Positions 1 to 12,099 of a stretch of DNA of 64,000 nucleotides are shown here, piece after piece. The notes beneath the pieces are model-generated. The model did no database searches and was not told the DNA's origin. It worked only from the letters and a program-made list of their open reading frames with translations. Origin of the DNA: Eledone cirrhosa (lineage: Eukaryota); the NCBI GenBank assembly GCA_964016885.1, contig OZ024743.1, positions 40,114,001 to 40,178,000 on the forward strand. Reading direction: 5' to 3'. Made by a program: the position numbers and the translations under genes. Positions within the stretch are counted from its first letter, which is position 1, and each line of letters starts with the position of its first letter.

Positions 1-424
1 AAAATATAAATAGAATTAATAATAGAAACTTAAATTTAAACCAAGATAGCAATAATAATATTTCTAACAACAATATTCATAATAATAGTACCGTTCCTAA
101 TAACAACAACTCCAGAATATGTAATTGTAGAATTAAATCAAACTGCCCTTTACAAAAAACTTGCTTAGACAAAAATATAATTTATAAATGAACAGTTAAA
201 ACTAGAAATAAAGTATTTAACTATACAAAATTCAAAGAAAGCTGGTACAACTATAAACATACATTTAATAGGGCTTATAAAAAATCTTCCACTTCACTTT
301 CACATTTAATTCGGAATTTAAAGAACAGCAGTATAGTCTATTCAATATCTTGGGAACGATCTCTAAAGCACCTGCATACCGAAATATCGCTGTGTCAAGA
401 ATCTGTAATTTATGTATAGAGGAA

Positions 425-2087
425 TGTCTTCTGGCCTGGAATTACAACAGCAATCACAGAGCTCGGGAATACATGGGACCACTGCAATCGGATAGCACCG
501 ACTCAATCATGTGCTCCACCTACCCCGCCAGTATACCTTGTTTATCCCTTCAAGTGCATTTGCCCTTACTACTTCCACTACAAAGGGCTGAACTATGTGG
601 TTATTTTTGACAGATACTCCAACTGGACAATTGTAGAGAGATCTCGGGAAGGTGCCAAAGGATTAATTGAGAGTCTACGCCGTACATTTGTTACTTTTGG
701 AATTCCAGACGAACTGTCCTCAGATGGTGGCCCTAAGTTTACAGCCTCAGCAGCCAGGGATATCTTGAAAAACAGGGTGTCCATCATCGACTATCTTCAG
801 TCGCCTTCCCCCACAGCAACTGTCGGGCAGAAGTCGGTGTTAAAACTGTGAAACGTCTCATTAAAGACATAACGGGACCCAACGGCCAGTTAGACACGGA
901 CTCACTGCAACGCGCCATGCTGCAATACAGAAACACCCCAGACAGAGACACCAAGTTATTCCCTGCGATGTGTGTCATTGGTAGACCCATTAACGATTTC
1001 ATTCCAATCCTTCTCGGCCGCTACAAGCCTCATGACACCTGGCGTCACACACTTGCCTTGAGAGACGATGCCCTCGGAAACAGGCACATGAAGATTGCAG
1101 AACGCCTTTCTGAACACACCAAGCGATTGCCACCCCTTGTCATTGGAGATCTCGTGCGAATACAAAATCAAACAGGCCCTCAACCGTTAAAATGGGACAA
1201 AACAGGCTGTGTGATTGAAGTTCGTCAGTTTGATCAGTATGTCATACGCGTGGATGGATTAGTCAGAATGGCCCTTAGAAACCGGACATTTCTAAGAAAG
1301 TACACCCCTGTTCATCCATCGAGGGCACAGATAACCTTATCAGACGACTTACCCCATCGATCCCAACAAAGACAACATAGTATGTCTTTCTCGCTTCGTC
1401 AACCATTTATTCCGGAGCCCCTGCTCGCAAAGGACGCCATCAAAGCTCCTCAAAACACTACAGATCTACAAATGACACCATCACCCAACCTGACAACGCT
1501 TGACATCCAGCCATTGCCACCGTCGCCACCATACCCAGCTATCCAGCCACCAGAGTTACATTCCCTAGCCTACCACACTACATTCAAAATAAGTAGCACA
1601 ACACCTACCCCAGCACCCTGTATAACACCCTCCCTGACCAACACACAGGAACTAACACTAAGATGCTACTCCCGGGCCAAGAAGGAGCCCACGTGGCTCA
1701 GTGATCATGTGCATGTGATTGGAGCAGAATAATCCCTGGGCCTGAGGCTAGTCTACCCAGTGATCGCCCTTCTCCTTTCGGTTTGTGTTATTGCTTCTAT
1801 TGACGTTAATTGTTCCCACCTAGCCAGGATGGCACTGTGTTCAGAACATTCAGTTTATTCTCATATCTGACTTTAGTCTTAAATCATTGCTATATACCTC
1901 AGCGAATATACCAATGACTTGGAGGGAGATAGAGTATTATATATCATTATGTGACGATATGCAAAACATGTTACAGCGTTCTGATACTATTTATTCCTAA
2001 TAGTGCTTTTCATCTGATACTGTTTATTCCTAATAGTGGTTTTCAAAGTGGATGTATTATGAAAAGAGTTCATGCTCATTTAATTAA
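425..2087 (+). mobile_element. 5'-truncated Gypsy (Mag-like) LTR retrotransposon fragment: integrase, PPT and partial 3' LTR
   Basis: From 426 reads VFWPGITTAITELGNTWDHCNRIAP (Zn-binding remnant)...VIFDRYSNW...[15 protein letters not shown], frameshift, then ORF 848-1732 (YRNTP...[17 protein letters not shown]). Purine run GGAGGGAGA at 1921-1929 precedes an LTR-like segment containing a 33-bp direct duplication (~1980-2045). Confidence 0.85.
426..1732 (+). pseudogene. Gypsy integrase (rve core + C-terminal), frameshifted
   Basis: ORFs 597-851 and 848-1732 plus the in-frame upstream segment; DDE-core motifs DRYSNW and SDGGP.F. Confidence 0.85.
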
Positions 2088-3335
2088 ATAATGAACTGTC
2101 AAAACTCCATTAATTTAAAAAGATAAATATTTTCTAGTTGCAGACATCGGCAAAATTCCACTTTCAGAAGTATTTTCAATCTAGGATATTCATTAAACTT
2201 GACTATATCTTATACAGCTTTAAAATGATCCGACTATTTACTGTGTATTTCTTTAAACATTTAACATTTTTTTTAAATGATGTTCCTTCTTAAATTTAGT
2301 ATTTTTACCATTTGATATTATTTTCCTAATGATACTCTTATTAATTTTTTTTTAGATGTAGATTGATAATCTTTAATTGACATTTTGAAAAATATCATCT
2401 TTACAATAATTCTTCGAAATGCATAGTACTTTTTTCCTCTATTTAATCTTCAAACCTCTTTCGACATGAATAATATGTAATTGAAATTCCCATCCTCAAA
2501 AAATTAATGTCACACAAAATAATATATAATGTTCTCTACATATTTCCTGAGTAAATCATTCATCAAATTTAATGGTTAGCAGATAAGATTGGAGTTATCT
2601 TTTCATTTACAACCGAGCAAAAACACAATTGATAACTGCTATGATAAACTATATAACTTCGCTAAATTAACAATATTCTCGAAGCATTTTAATGTTTGAA
2701 CAAAATGTTTGAATCTACAAATTGTTCTCCTCGTACAACTTGAACTACGTCTTTTTCTTAAATATTAATGTAAAATGTAAAACCAAAATCCTCCGTAACT
2801 CATTTTAGAAATGTAAACAATTAATACGTACGTTTATTTCTATAAAATCACCAATAATACTTATACTTGCACAATTATTAATCTATTTATATACTTACAA
2901 CCTGTTCTAATGTAATAAGATAAAATGTACTTACAACCATAAATCTTCATATAATCTACTTGATTATATATATACAATATTATAACTCATAATATAGCGA
3001 AATAATTTTTTTTTAAATTCTGTAATCATATTCCACCATTCCTACAACATGTTAATCCTTTTGAAATTAACGTAAATACAAGATCTTCTTTCTTTCTTTT
3101 TCTTTCTTCCTCCTACCCATACATACATATATCCTAATAATTATTTAAATCTACCTAGCGTCTAAAAATAACGTGTTTTTCAGCCCTATACCTCAAACTG
3201 ATTTGCATACTCATCTTAATAATTTGAAACATTTGACTTTTCTTCTCTTTCCTTTCTTTCCTTTACTATCCAGGAATAACTTGAATCGTTAAGATCCTAT
3301 TCCTAGTTATGTCTATATTTATAAAGCAAACTTTG

Positions 3336-3395
3336 ATTTTTGTCTGAAGAGATCGTACCAATGTTTTTGTACCCTTGAAATATACATAATAGAAT
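3336..3395 (+). ncRNA. Minimal type I hammerhead ribozyme-like motif in PLE pseudo-LTR
   Basis: CTGAAGA (3344-3350), stem II GTAC...GTAC, GAAA (3377-3380), TATACA-TA, with T-rich/A-rich stem I flanks. PLE pLTRs are known to carry such minimal HHRs. Confidence 0.6.
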
Positions 3396-4270
3396 AAATA
3401 TGGTTTTATAAATATAGTTTCCATTTATTTATCATCATTGTATAGATAGATAAATAACTTTCTATTTATTTGCCACCAGGGCATAACAGATTGGGACAAA
3501 TAGAAAGGGGGGGTTACATACAATAAAACGAGTACAAATATATAACAAACAAAATAAAACAATCGAAGTCCTCAATAGGGAGGGGCGTTTTGTGGGTCTC
3601 ACACCCCCCCGAAAAAATGTACAACCCTTCTCCTCGGGAGCACAAAGAGAGGGTGCTCCCTTCTTCTCCTATTCGTTCCACCTACAGGCTGATGTAGAGA
3701 GAAGGCCCATTAACACGGGCCCTTCTCGCCACTTTCACCCACCTTTCATAAAACTGGCTGGGGTGGAGCACCTCTCTCTCCATCCTGAAGAAAAGGACCA
3801 GTTGTTCGCCGGAGAGAAAGGTGTCCGACCTTAATCCTTTCAAACGCGTCCACCTTACAACCTCTTTCACCATGGTTATTACACAGAGGAAGACCGCCTC
3901 TCCTTCATTTTTGAAGGGGGGAGGCGGTTCGAATGGACTCGGTGGTCAAGCGGATTGTTCACACTCGTGACAGCAGTCGTTCAATAGCCCCACAGGTCGG
4001 CAACGCCCGGGAAGTGTACCAATGCGTGCGTGACGGTTTCATCGTCGTGCACGCATCTCGGACAGATCTTTTCGAAGGGACCCTACCCGGGCGCCCGTGG
4101 CTGTAGAGCTTGACTCGAACGGGCAGAGCCCCACGGTAGCACTGCCAGGGACCTCTGGAAGTTGTCCATCGGACCCGGGCCAAATGTCCTACCGAACAGG
4201 CTGACCAGTTCTTCCTCCTCCATGCCTAGGGCTTTACCGAGGGCGTCGTCGCACATGCTGCTGACCAACC

Positions 4271-4533
4271 TGTAGTGACTGAGATGGTCGCTTAGCAACT
4301 AGCAGTTGCCTCCCCTTAACAACTCTTCAGAGAGCGGAGGCAATATACATCCGGTCACTGACGCAGGTTCACTCACTCTTTTTGGACCGCGGACATGAAC
4401 AGACGTGAAAGGATTCGCTCCTCAAAATATTGACGTTGTAGGAAATTTATTAAATTATCGCATTTAATAAAATGATCGTTAGATGTGATTGTTCATTTAT
4501 TTATTCAACAAAGAGAAACATTATTTTCCTTTA
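4271..4533 (+). repeat. 5' LTR
   Basis: TGTAGTGACTGAGATGG...AAACATTATTTTCCTTTA, direct repeat of 9516-9778. Confidence 0.95.
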
Positions 4534-4534
4534 T

Positions 4535-4549
4535 TGGTGACCTTCGACG
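4535..4549 (+). promoter_or_regulatory. Primer binding site, tRNA-Trp-like
   Basis: TGGTGACCTTCGACG one base after the LTR end; similar to TGGTGACCCCGACG, the complement of the tRNA-Trp 3' end used by CsRn1-type elements. Confidence 0.75.
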
Positions 4550-5165
4550 ATTAAGTATGAAAACGCAGCCTATTTGAATTCGCCATTCGTTTTAACGGCA
4601 ATGTGGAGTGGCTTAACATTTGGAATGTTCGAATCGGGTAGCTAGACTCACTTAGCGTAAGTCCATAAAATTCATAAAATTCCATTTGTTGAAGCACGCG
4701 GCCTGCACAATATTTCTGTCATAACTTTCATGGTAACACTAGTGACTCACGCATACAGACGAACACAAAAATACAACACAAAAGAAAGAGTTTTTTCGAC
4801 GACTAACAAAAAATTTCTGGATATAGAATTTTGCTTTCAACCTTCTGTTAAAATTACAAACGGAGACTCAAAAATGTTGATTTCCCGCGTTCAGCTTGTC
4901 TTCTTCAATCCCAGCCATCTGATTGGCTGCATCGTTCCACATGACGGCTTCTTCATCACGGACACATTTTTAAATCAGCCATCTTGGATTTTCTTACCAT
5001 ACAATTTTCATGGAAAATGATTTTTTTTATTATTCAAATTTTCTTTAGAATTTTTTTTTTAAAGAAAAAAAATTAGTAGTATTTCAAAACGGCTACCACC
5101 AAGTACCAGCCATCTTCAGCAACACCTGGCTAACTATTAACCAACACCAAAAATTCATCAAATAC

Positions 5166-5960
5166 GTGGGCACCATGAGTCAACATCATTTGCCGTCCTT
5201 CGCAGGCGACATCAAGTTGTGGTTTGCGCAGCTGGAATGTTTCTTTGAATTAACCAAGACAAAAGAACAGCATAAGCTGAAGGTTCTGATCAATGTCCTA
5301 CCTGTTTCCTTGGCATTCTCGGTGAATGACGTTGTGACGGATTTGGACGCCGACGTTACCTACGGCTCATTAAAAAACGAAATTCTTCGGAGAAATACCA
5401 AGTCGGTAGAGAGTCGTTTTCAGGAGTTGTTGGACGATGCTCAAATGGGTGACAGGAAGCCGAGCTCCTATTTGCGACATTTGCGGGAGTTGAGCGACTC
5501 CCAGGGGATTGACACCCCCTTCATAAAGCAGCTCTTTTTCTCACGTTTACCGCCAAGTGCGCAAAGGATTTTGGTTAATAATTTGGAGAGCGAGTGGTTA
5601 GAGCAGCTTGCCACGTCCGCGGATAGAATACTTGAGGTGGACTCGAACAGCAAGCGGCATAATCCTTATGTGGCTTCAGCTTGCGTCCCCCCACGCAATT
5701 CTTCTGTGGCCGACAGCAAACTGTTGGAGTTGATTGAAGCTCTCACCAAAAAGCTAGAATATGTGACTGTACAACACAGAGAGCCTTCTCAACGTTTGAG
5801 GTATCGTTCGCCGCCGTCCTCTATTCATCGCCAGCACTACAACGCAGACACCAATAATTCTTCGTTTTGTGGGTATCATGCTAACTTCGGCAATAGGGCA
5901 CAACGTTGTCGCACGCCCTGTAATTACAAGAGATCGGGAAACGCAAGGCAGAGCCACTAG
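5166..5960 (+). CDS. gag: Gypsy Gag with CHCC zinc knuckle
   Basis: Open 264-aa ORF: LPSF...IKLWFAQLE, MGDRKPSSYLRHLR, and C-x2-H-x9-C-x3-C (CGYHANFGNRAQRCRTPC). Confidence 0.9.
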   Translation: MGTMSQHHLPSFAGDIKLWFAQLECFFELTKTKEQHKLKVLINVLPVSLAFSVNDVVTDLDADVTYGSLKNEILRRNTKSVESRFQELLDDAQMGDRKPSSYLRHLRELSDSQGIDTPFIKQLFFSRLPPSAQRILVNNLESEWLEQLATSADRILEVDSNSKRHNPYVASACVPPRNSSVADSKLLELIEALTKKLEYVTVQHREPSQRLRYRSPPSSIHRQHYNADTNNSSFCGYHANFGNRAQRCRTPCNYKRSGNARQSH

Positions 5961-8900
5961 GAGCGGCTAGTGAACTCTGGGAAAACCGACCGAACTGCCA
6001 TCTTTTCGTATACGACCTGCGGTCAAGAAAATTGTCCTTGTCGATACTGGCGCGTCGCTGAGTATTTGGCCAGTCAGTTATCTAAAAAAAAACTCAGCTG
6101 AATCAAATATAAATCTACGAGCAGTCAACCACACGGCCATTCGAACGTACTGGCAAATTTCGCTTCCTCTTCGGTTAAAAAATTTGCGTCGTGATTTGAA
6201 GTGGAAGTTTACTATCACCGACTTGCCATACGCCATTTTGGGAGTGGATTTTCTCCACCATTTTTCCTTGTTGGTGGACATTCGCAGACAACGCCTTTTT
6301 GATGCTGAAACAGGCCTTTCTTTGGAGGGTTCAGAGCCGGACGTCGACACTTTCGCCCCTTCCTTTTTCTTGGCTGAAGTGGGCAACCAGTATCAAAGCC
6401 TGTTACATTCATTCCCTCAGTTGACGCAGGGAAAGTTACGAATTACTAGCCCGGATCATGCGATTGAACACTTCATATCCACTATAGGTCCACCTGTTTT
6501 CTCACGTCCTCGAAGATTATCTACAGAGAAGTTGACAGCTCAACGTCTTGAATTCGACCACATGCTGGAATTAGGAATAATTCGGCGTTCCACAAGTCCT
6601 TGGGCATCGCCTCTACATATGGTACTTAAATCTTCTGGGGATTGGAGAACGGCGGGTGACTACCGACGCTTAAACGCGATTACTGTGCCTCACCTTTATC
6701 CAATCCCGCATTTGCAGGATTTTGCATCGTCATTGCAGGGTTGCAGAATCTTTTCTAAGCTTGATTTGATCCGCGCTTATAATCAAATTCCGGTTAACAA
6801 GGAGGATATCCCAAAGACTGCTATTGCCACTCCTTTCGGATCATTCGAGTTCCTCACTATGCCTTTCGGCCTTAGAAATGCTGCAAGTACCTTCCAACGA
6901 TTTATGGATGATGTTACTCAGGGCCTGGAATTTGTGTACACGTATATCGATGACGTGTTGATTGCTAGTTCTTCCCCTCAGCAGTATTCAAAGCATCCGG
7001 ATCTCGTATTTCGTCGTTTACAGAGATATAATGTTCGTATTAATGCTTCCAAGTGTGTTTTCGGCTCGACGTCACTAACATGTTTAGGCCATCTGATTGA
7101 CGCCGATGGTATTCGACCTCTTCCTGAGAAGGTTAAGGCAGTATCGAATTTGCCTCCGCCAAGTTCACTGCGACAATTGCGTCAATTCCTTGGCCTTGTA
7201 AATTTTTATAGGCGATTCGTACATGGTTGTTCAAAATTGCTGTTCTCGTTGACAGAAATGTTTAAGGGTTGCCGGCGTAAGAATATGGACATTTCCTTAA
7301 ATAAAACGCAGCTTGGGGATTTTAAAAAAGTGAAAAAGGCGTTAGCGAACGCGTCTTTGCTCGCCCACCAAGTACCCAACGCCGAGCTATCGCTCTGTGT
7401 TGATGCTTCGGATAGCGCCGTGGGCGCAGTCTTACAGCAGAAGTGTGATGGGGTACAGCAACCACTCGAGTTCTTTCCGAGGAAGTTAAAGCCTGCCGAA
7501 ACTCACTATAGCACCTTTGGAAGGGAGCTATTAGCAAGTTATTTATCAGTGAAACATTTTGCTCATGTACTTGAAGGTAGAACATTCACCATTTTCACTG
7601 ATCATAAACCTTTGACGTTTGCTCTTCGAACTAAAGCAGACAAATACTCGCCCAGAGAAACGAGACATCTGGACTTCATCTCACAGTTCACGAACGACAT
7701 TCAACATATTCCGGGTTCTTTGAATACAGCGGCCGATGCGCTGTCTCACCTGCCGATAGCATCGATTTCGTCTTCCGAAGAGATAGATTTACATCGAATG
7801 GCAGCTGCCCAACCCTCTCTCGAATCGTTGGATGTTACATCGCCAGAGTTTGTACATTGCAAACTGAAATACATTCCGATCTCAACTGCTGACGGACAAA
7901 TATTGTGTGATGTTTCGTTGGACTCACCACGACCTCTAGTCCCAGTGGAACATCGACGAACTGTGTTTCTCGCTTTACCTGGCATTTCTCCCCCAGGAGT
8001 ATCAGCCTCATTAAAACTCATAACAGCCAGATTTTTCTGGCCTGATATGAGACGTGACATTGCTGCTTGGTGTCGTTCCTGTGTCGCTTGCCAACAAGCG
8101 AAAGTTCATCGACATGTTAAGGTTCCTCTCGGAACCTTCACCTGCCCGGATGCAAGATTTCGTCAGATTCATGTGGAGATCGTTGGCCCGTGGCCGGTTA
8201 GTCGTGATTTTTCGTATCTTTTGAGGATTGTTGACCGTTTTTCGCGTTGGCCTGAAGCCGTCCCTATATCACCGCTAAAACCACACCCCGTACTCTCGTA
8301 TCTTCATGGATCGCTCGTTTCGGTGTACCAACCACCATAACAACGGATCGTGGTCGTCAATTTGAGTCTAACCTCTTCCGAGAATTAACCCAAATCATGG
8401 GGGCTACTCGAATAAGCCTCAAACGGAATGGTGGAAAGATTCCACAGGCAACTCAAAGCCTCCTTAAGGGCTTCCATGGACTCTTCACGTTGGAGCGAGT
8501 ACCTACCTATTGTGTTGTTGGGTATTCGGTCGACGGTAAAGGTAGACCTTGGGTTCTCCTCTGCCGAATTAGTTTATGGTACTCCTCTGGCGTTACCGGG
8601 GCAAATGCTGGCCCCTTTTGACCTGACTTCGCAGGACCCCGCTTCCTACGTGTCCCGGCTTCACTCTTATTTCAAGGATCTGCCACCGATGGGCACTAGG
8701 AAGCAGACTGTAAAAACTGCCGTCCCAAGGGATATTGCCTTGTGGACACATGTGTTTGTTAGAGACGACGCCGTGAGACCCCCTCTTCAACGGCCGTACT
8801 CTGGACCATATCGTGTGCTTGGTCGCACAGACAAAGATTTCACACTGGACATTCGGGGTTCCAGGGAAACGGTTTCCGTTGATCGTCTCAAACGAGCAAA

Positions 8901-9078
8901 CCTGGACAATGACACAATGACACTTGAAACTCAAAGCCCCCTTCTTTTTCTTTGCCACATAGGCCTATTCCCCCCCCCCCCCCCCCACCCCCACCACCAC
9001 CACCACCATCAACACACAGAACTACAACCCGTTCTGGGCGAAGGGTGCATTGGCCCCGTAAGCTATGCAGTAATATAA
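5942..9078 (+). pseudogene. pol: Gypsy Pol (protease, RT, RNase H, integrase) with frameshifts near 6030 and 8270-8430
   Basis: [10 protein letters not shown] (DTG 6043-6051, in frame with ORF 6184-8340), [80 protein letters not shown], then [11 protein letters not shown] and GPYRVL (GPY/F motif). Confidence 0.92.
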
Positions 9079-9515
9079 ACTGAGTTGTATTCTTTTTTTT
9101 CTTCCAATTGTTTTTGCCGTATATTGTATTTTGTTACTTTTTGATTCTTAACTGCCTACGGCAGTGTCAATATATTATATTTTTCGTAACATTACGACTG
9201 TTGTCAATTCTGACACAGTCCATTTTTTTAGTGCATTTTTATAACTATGCTACATATGGCATTTTCATTGCCTAGCAAAAAAATGTTTTCTTGTTTATCG
9301 CATTTGGGGCCCCTTCTTGCGAAGAGTGTTATCTTTTCATGCATTTTGCATCTTTTACTGTACGTTTTTTTCTGTGTTAATGCTTGCAGACATGAACCTA
9401 TTTCTTTTTTTTTTTTTTTTTTTTCATAATTTGTTGATACATGCTTCTACATTTTGTAAACTACCTTCGCTTCATTGTTAACGATTTTTCGACAAAAAAT
9501 CTGCTCCGAGGTGAA

Positions 9516-9778
9516 TGTAGTGACTGAGATGGTCGCTTAGCAACTAGTAGTTGCCTCCTCTTAACAACTCTTCAGAGAGCGGAGGCAATATACATCCGGT
9601 CACAGACGCAGGTTCACTCACTCTCTTTGGACCGCGGACATGAACAGATGTGAAAGGATTCGCTCCTCAAAATATTGACGTTGTAGGAAATTTATTAAAT
9701 TATCGCATTTAATAAAATGATCGTTAGATGTGATTGTTCATTTATTTATTCAACAAAGAGAAACATTCTTTTCCTGTA
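9516..9778 (+). repeat. 3' LTR
   Basis: Direct repeat of 4271-4533, followed by TSD AACC and resumption of the LINE ORF2. Confidence 0.95.
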
Positions 9779-12099
9779 AACCCTCTATAGAATGTCGAGG
9801 TGGAGTCTCCACTGATAGCTGGGTCGGCCTGCCAGAGAGCCGTGAGCGCCTGAGTACACTCCGTGTGCCAGGCGCCCAGTTTTCTCAGTCTTTGCTTGAC
9901 CCAGGATTGCAGCTCGGCCAGCGAGACGAGCCTCGGAAAAGCTCTCCTCTCAAACGAGGCCCACACCGGTTGACCGGTGAGGATTACCTGGAGGTGCCGT
10001 AGCCTTAATGCGTATTTACACATCTGCAGCCACAGCACCCCCAGCCCTCGTTTTGAAGGGTGTTGACAGCAGATGGATCTCCTCACCAAAGGAGCCCGCT
10101 TCTTCCAAAGGAATTGGAAGAGTGCGCGCTCCATTATGGTGAGCGTTTCGCCTGGGCAAGGCACGACAGTCAAACGGTGATGACGTACTCCATATAAGCG
10201 TTCTCCACCTCCGCCCGACCTTTCAGGGATAGTTTGCACTCAGTCCACTTCTGGGCCAGTGCAAACTCCTTGTTCGTTACCTCACCCCAGTTCTTCTACA
10301 CCTGGAGGTCTGGTCCGAACCAAACCCCGAGCAGCTTCACCGGGCCCTCCATCCAGCGTCCGACGACGCCGTCGGAGCGCACCGCTTTGCCCCTTCACAC
10401 GCCGAGTTGCAAACCTTTCGTATTCCTCCAGTAAGGTGCCGATCGCCCCGGTCTCCGAGGTACTCGACACCATTACTCTCACGTCAATAGCGTAGGCCGA
10501 CTCCACTTTCCTCAATCCCGGTTCCAAGGGGATGCCTTGCAACAACTCCAAATTGCGCAGTAGTGGCTCGAGTGCCAGCACGTACATAAGGGAGGACCGC
10601 GCGATTTGGAACGTCTCCGAGAGGTAGCCGTTCACCTTGACCCTCGAGCATATGCGGCTGCTCTGCATGGCAGTAATCCAGCCCCTGAAAACGGGTCCGA
10701 AACCTGCCGCCGCTAGTACCGCATCCACGTAACCATGGTCGACCCTATCGAACACCTTAGATTGTTTCAAGTTGATCAGCGCCCCACCAAAGCCGGGTTG
10801 ATTTTCTACCCTCTCTATGATGTATCGCATGAGTGGAGGTTGTCGTGAATGGACCTGGACGGGATAGAGCATGTCTGCGCATCTCCCACCTGTTTGCCCA
10901 CGACAAGCGCCAAAATCTTTAACTCCGCATTTAGCAGAGTCATGGGCCTGAAATTACTTATTTCATCCCCCTTGTTCTCGCCCTTCCTCACTAGCGAGAC
11001 TACGCCCTTGGTCACAGAACAGGGAATTCTCCCGTTGTGTTGCCAGTTGCAGTAGACCGCCTCGAGGAGATCGGAGACAAAGTCTGGCATCGCTACATAA
11101 AGTTCGTATGGAAGACCATCGAGACAAGGGGATTTTCGTTTGCCGCATTGGCTCAGCACGTCCCCTATTTCAGTAGCTGAAATCGGCCTTTCACATAACT
11201 TCACTTCCTCGTTCGAAAGACGTGGTAGACCGTTGAGGTATGGACATAAATCCCCATCCCCAGCCGGACCCCGCCCCTCCCGAACAGTCGTACAAAGTGC
11301 CTTTGAAATGCCTAACACATCTGTCCAGGTTCAAGGATCACCCATCCATCCTGGTCCTTCAAACACCGAATAGTGGATTTAATGCCACGTTTGGCTTCTG
11401 TCACGCGGGCCCAGCTAACATGTTTGGCCTCCTCGTTCCTAGAGCAAGTATTTTGCTTCTGACGACGCTGGCACTCTGGCTACGTTGCCGCTTCTAATCG
11501 CCTCTTCTACTCTATCTATCACCTCCCTTTCCTTCCTATTCCTATCTGAGGCGATTAACCGTTACACCCCATCTATCGGGCTGTTACGCCTCCCTCTACA
11601 GGACGTGCCCCTACATAGTCCCAACGTGCATCTAGGATAACATTCCAGTCCCCCACTAAAAGCAAAGATGTTGGAAGAAGTCCGGCCTCGCTGCCCCAAA
11701 GTCTAGTACCACCAGTCGACCCTCCGGGTCCACGTGCACCGTCTGCGTTGCGAGGCACAGGTGTTTTTGCAGTAGAACGAGAACCCCACCCCACCTCCTG
11801 GCTGACAGAGAGATGCATAGATCTCAAAGACGTTAAAGGTGGGTATAGCTGGCGTTCGCTGCTGACCCTGGACTCGCAAATATATACTGCGCGACCTGAG
11901 GTCATTTAGAAGTTTTGCCTGCTTCCAGGGTGATCTCAGGCCACGCGCATTCAAACATCCTACTCTAATACAGCCATGTTGGCGGCGAAGGGGAACAAAA
12001 AGAAAAGGCACCTACCACTTACGTCACGGGGACCGGGCTTCACAACTTCCATGGGGGTGAGGGAGAGGTTATTGGTTGGGGTGGTGGTTTGTGGTGGTG

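Larger units (their letters stand above)
1..3440 (+). mobile_element. Penelope-like element family A (Hydra-like), 3' part: degenerate GIY-YIG endonuclease (~120-424 and 2088-2184), AT-rich 3' region and pseudo-LTR; split by a Gypsy fragment
   Basis: Translates as CNCRIKSNCPLQKTCLDKNIIYK*TVK...KKSSTSLSHLI...KAPAYRNIAVSRICNLCIEE, then resumes at 2088 as IMNCQNSINLKR*IFSSCRHRQNSTF, matching the copy at 16855-17280. 3170-3440 matches the pLTRs at 16030-16330 (rc) and 23600-23900. Confidence 0.85.
4271..9778 (+). mobile_element. Full-length Gypsy LTR retrotransposon, CsRn1/Kabuki-like clade, with inactivating indels
   Basis: 263-bp LTRs at 4271-4533 and 9516-9778 (about 7 mismatches); 4-bp TSD AACC at 4267-4270 and 9779-9782; PBS TGGTGACC at 4535; gag-PR-RT-RH-INT order. 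Confidence 0.95.

Noticed and set aside
189-191. In-frame TGA at a Cys position (IYK*TVK vs VYKCTVK) suggesting selenocysteine, as reported for Naiad PLEs
   Set aside because: Single instance in a decayed copy with other lesions; the sister copy has TGC; the domain order is C-terminal EN, not Naiad-type; no SECIS recognised.
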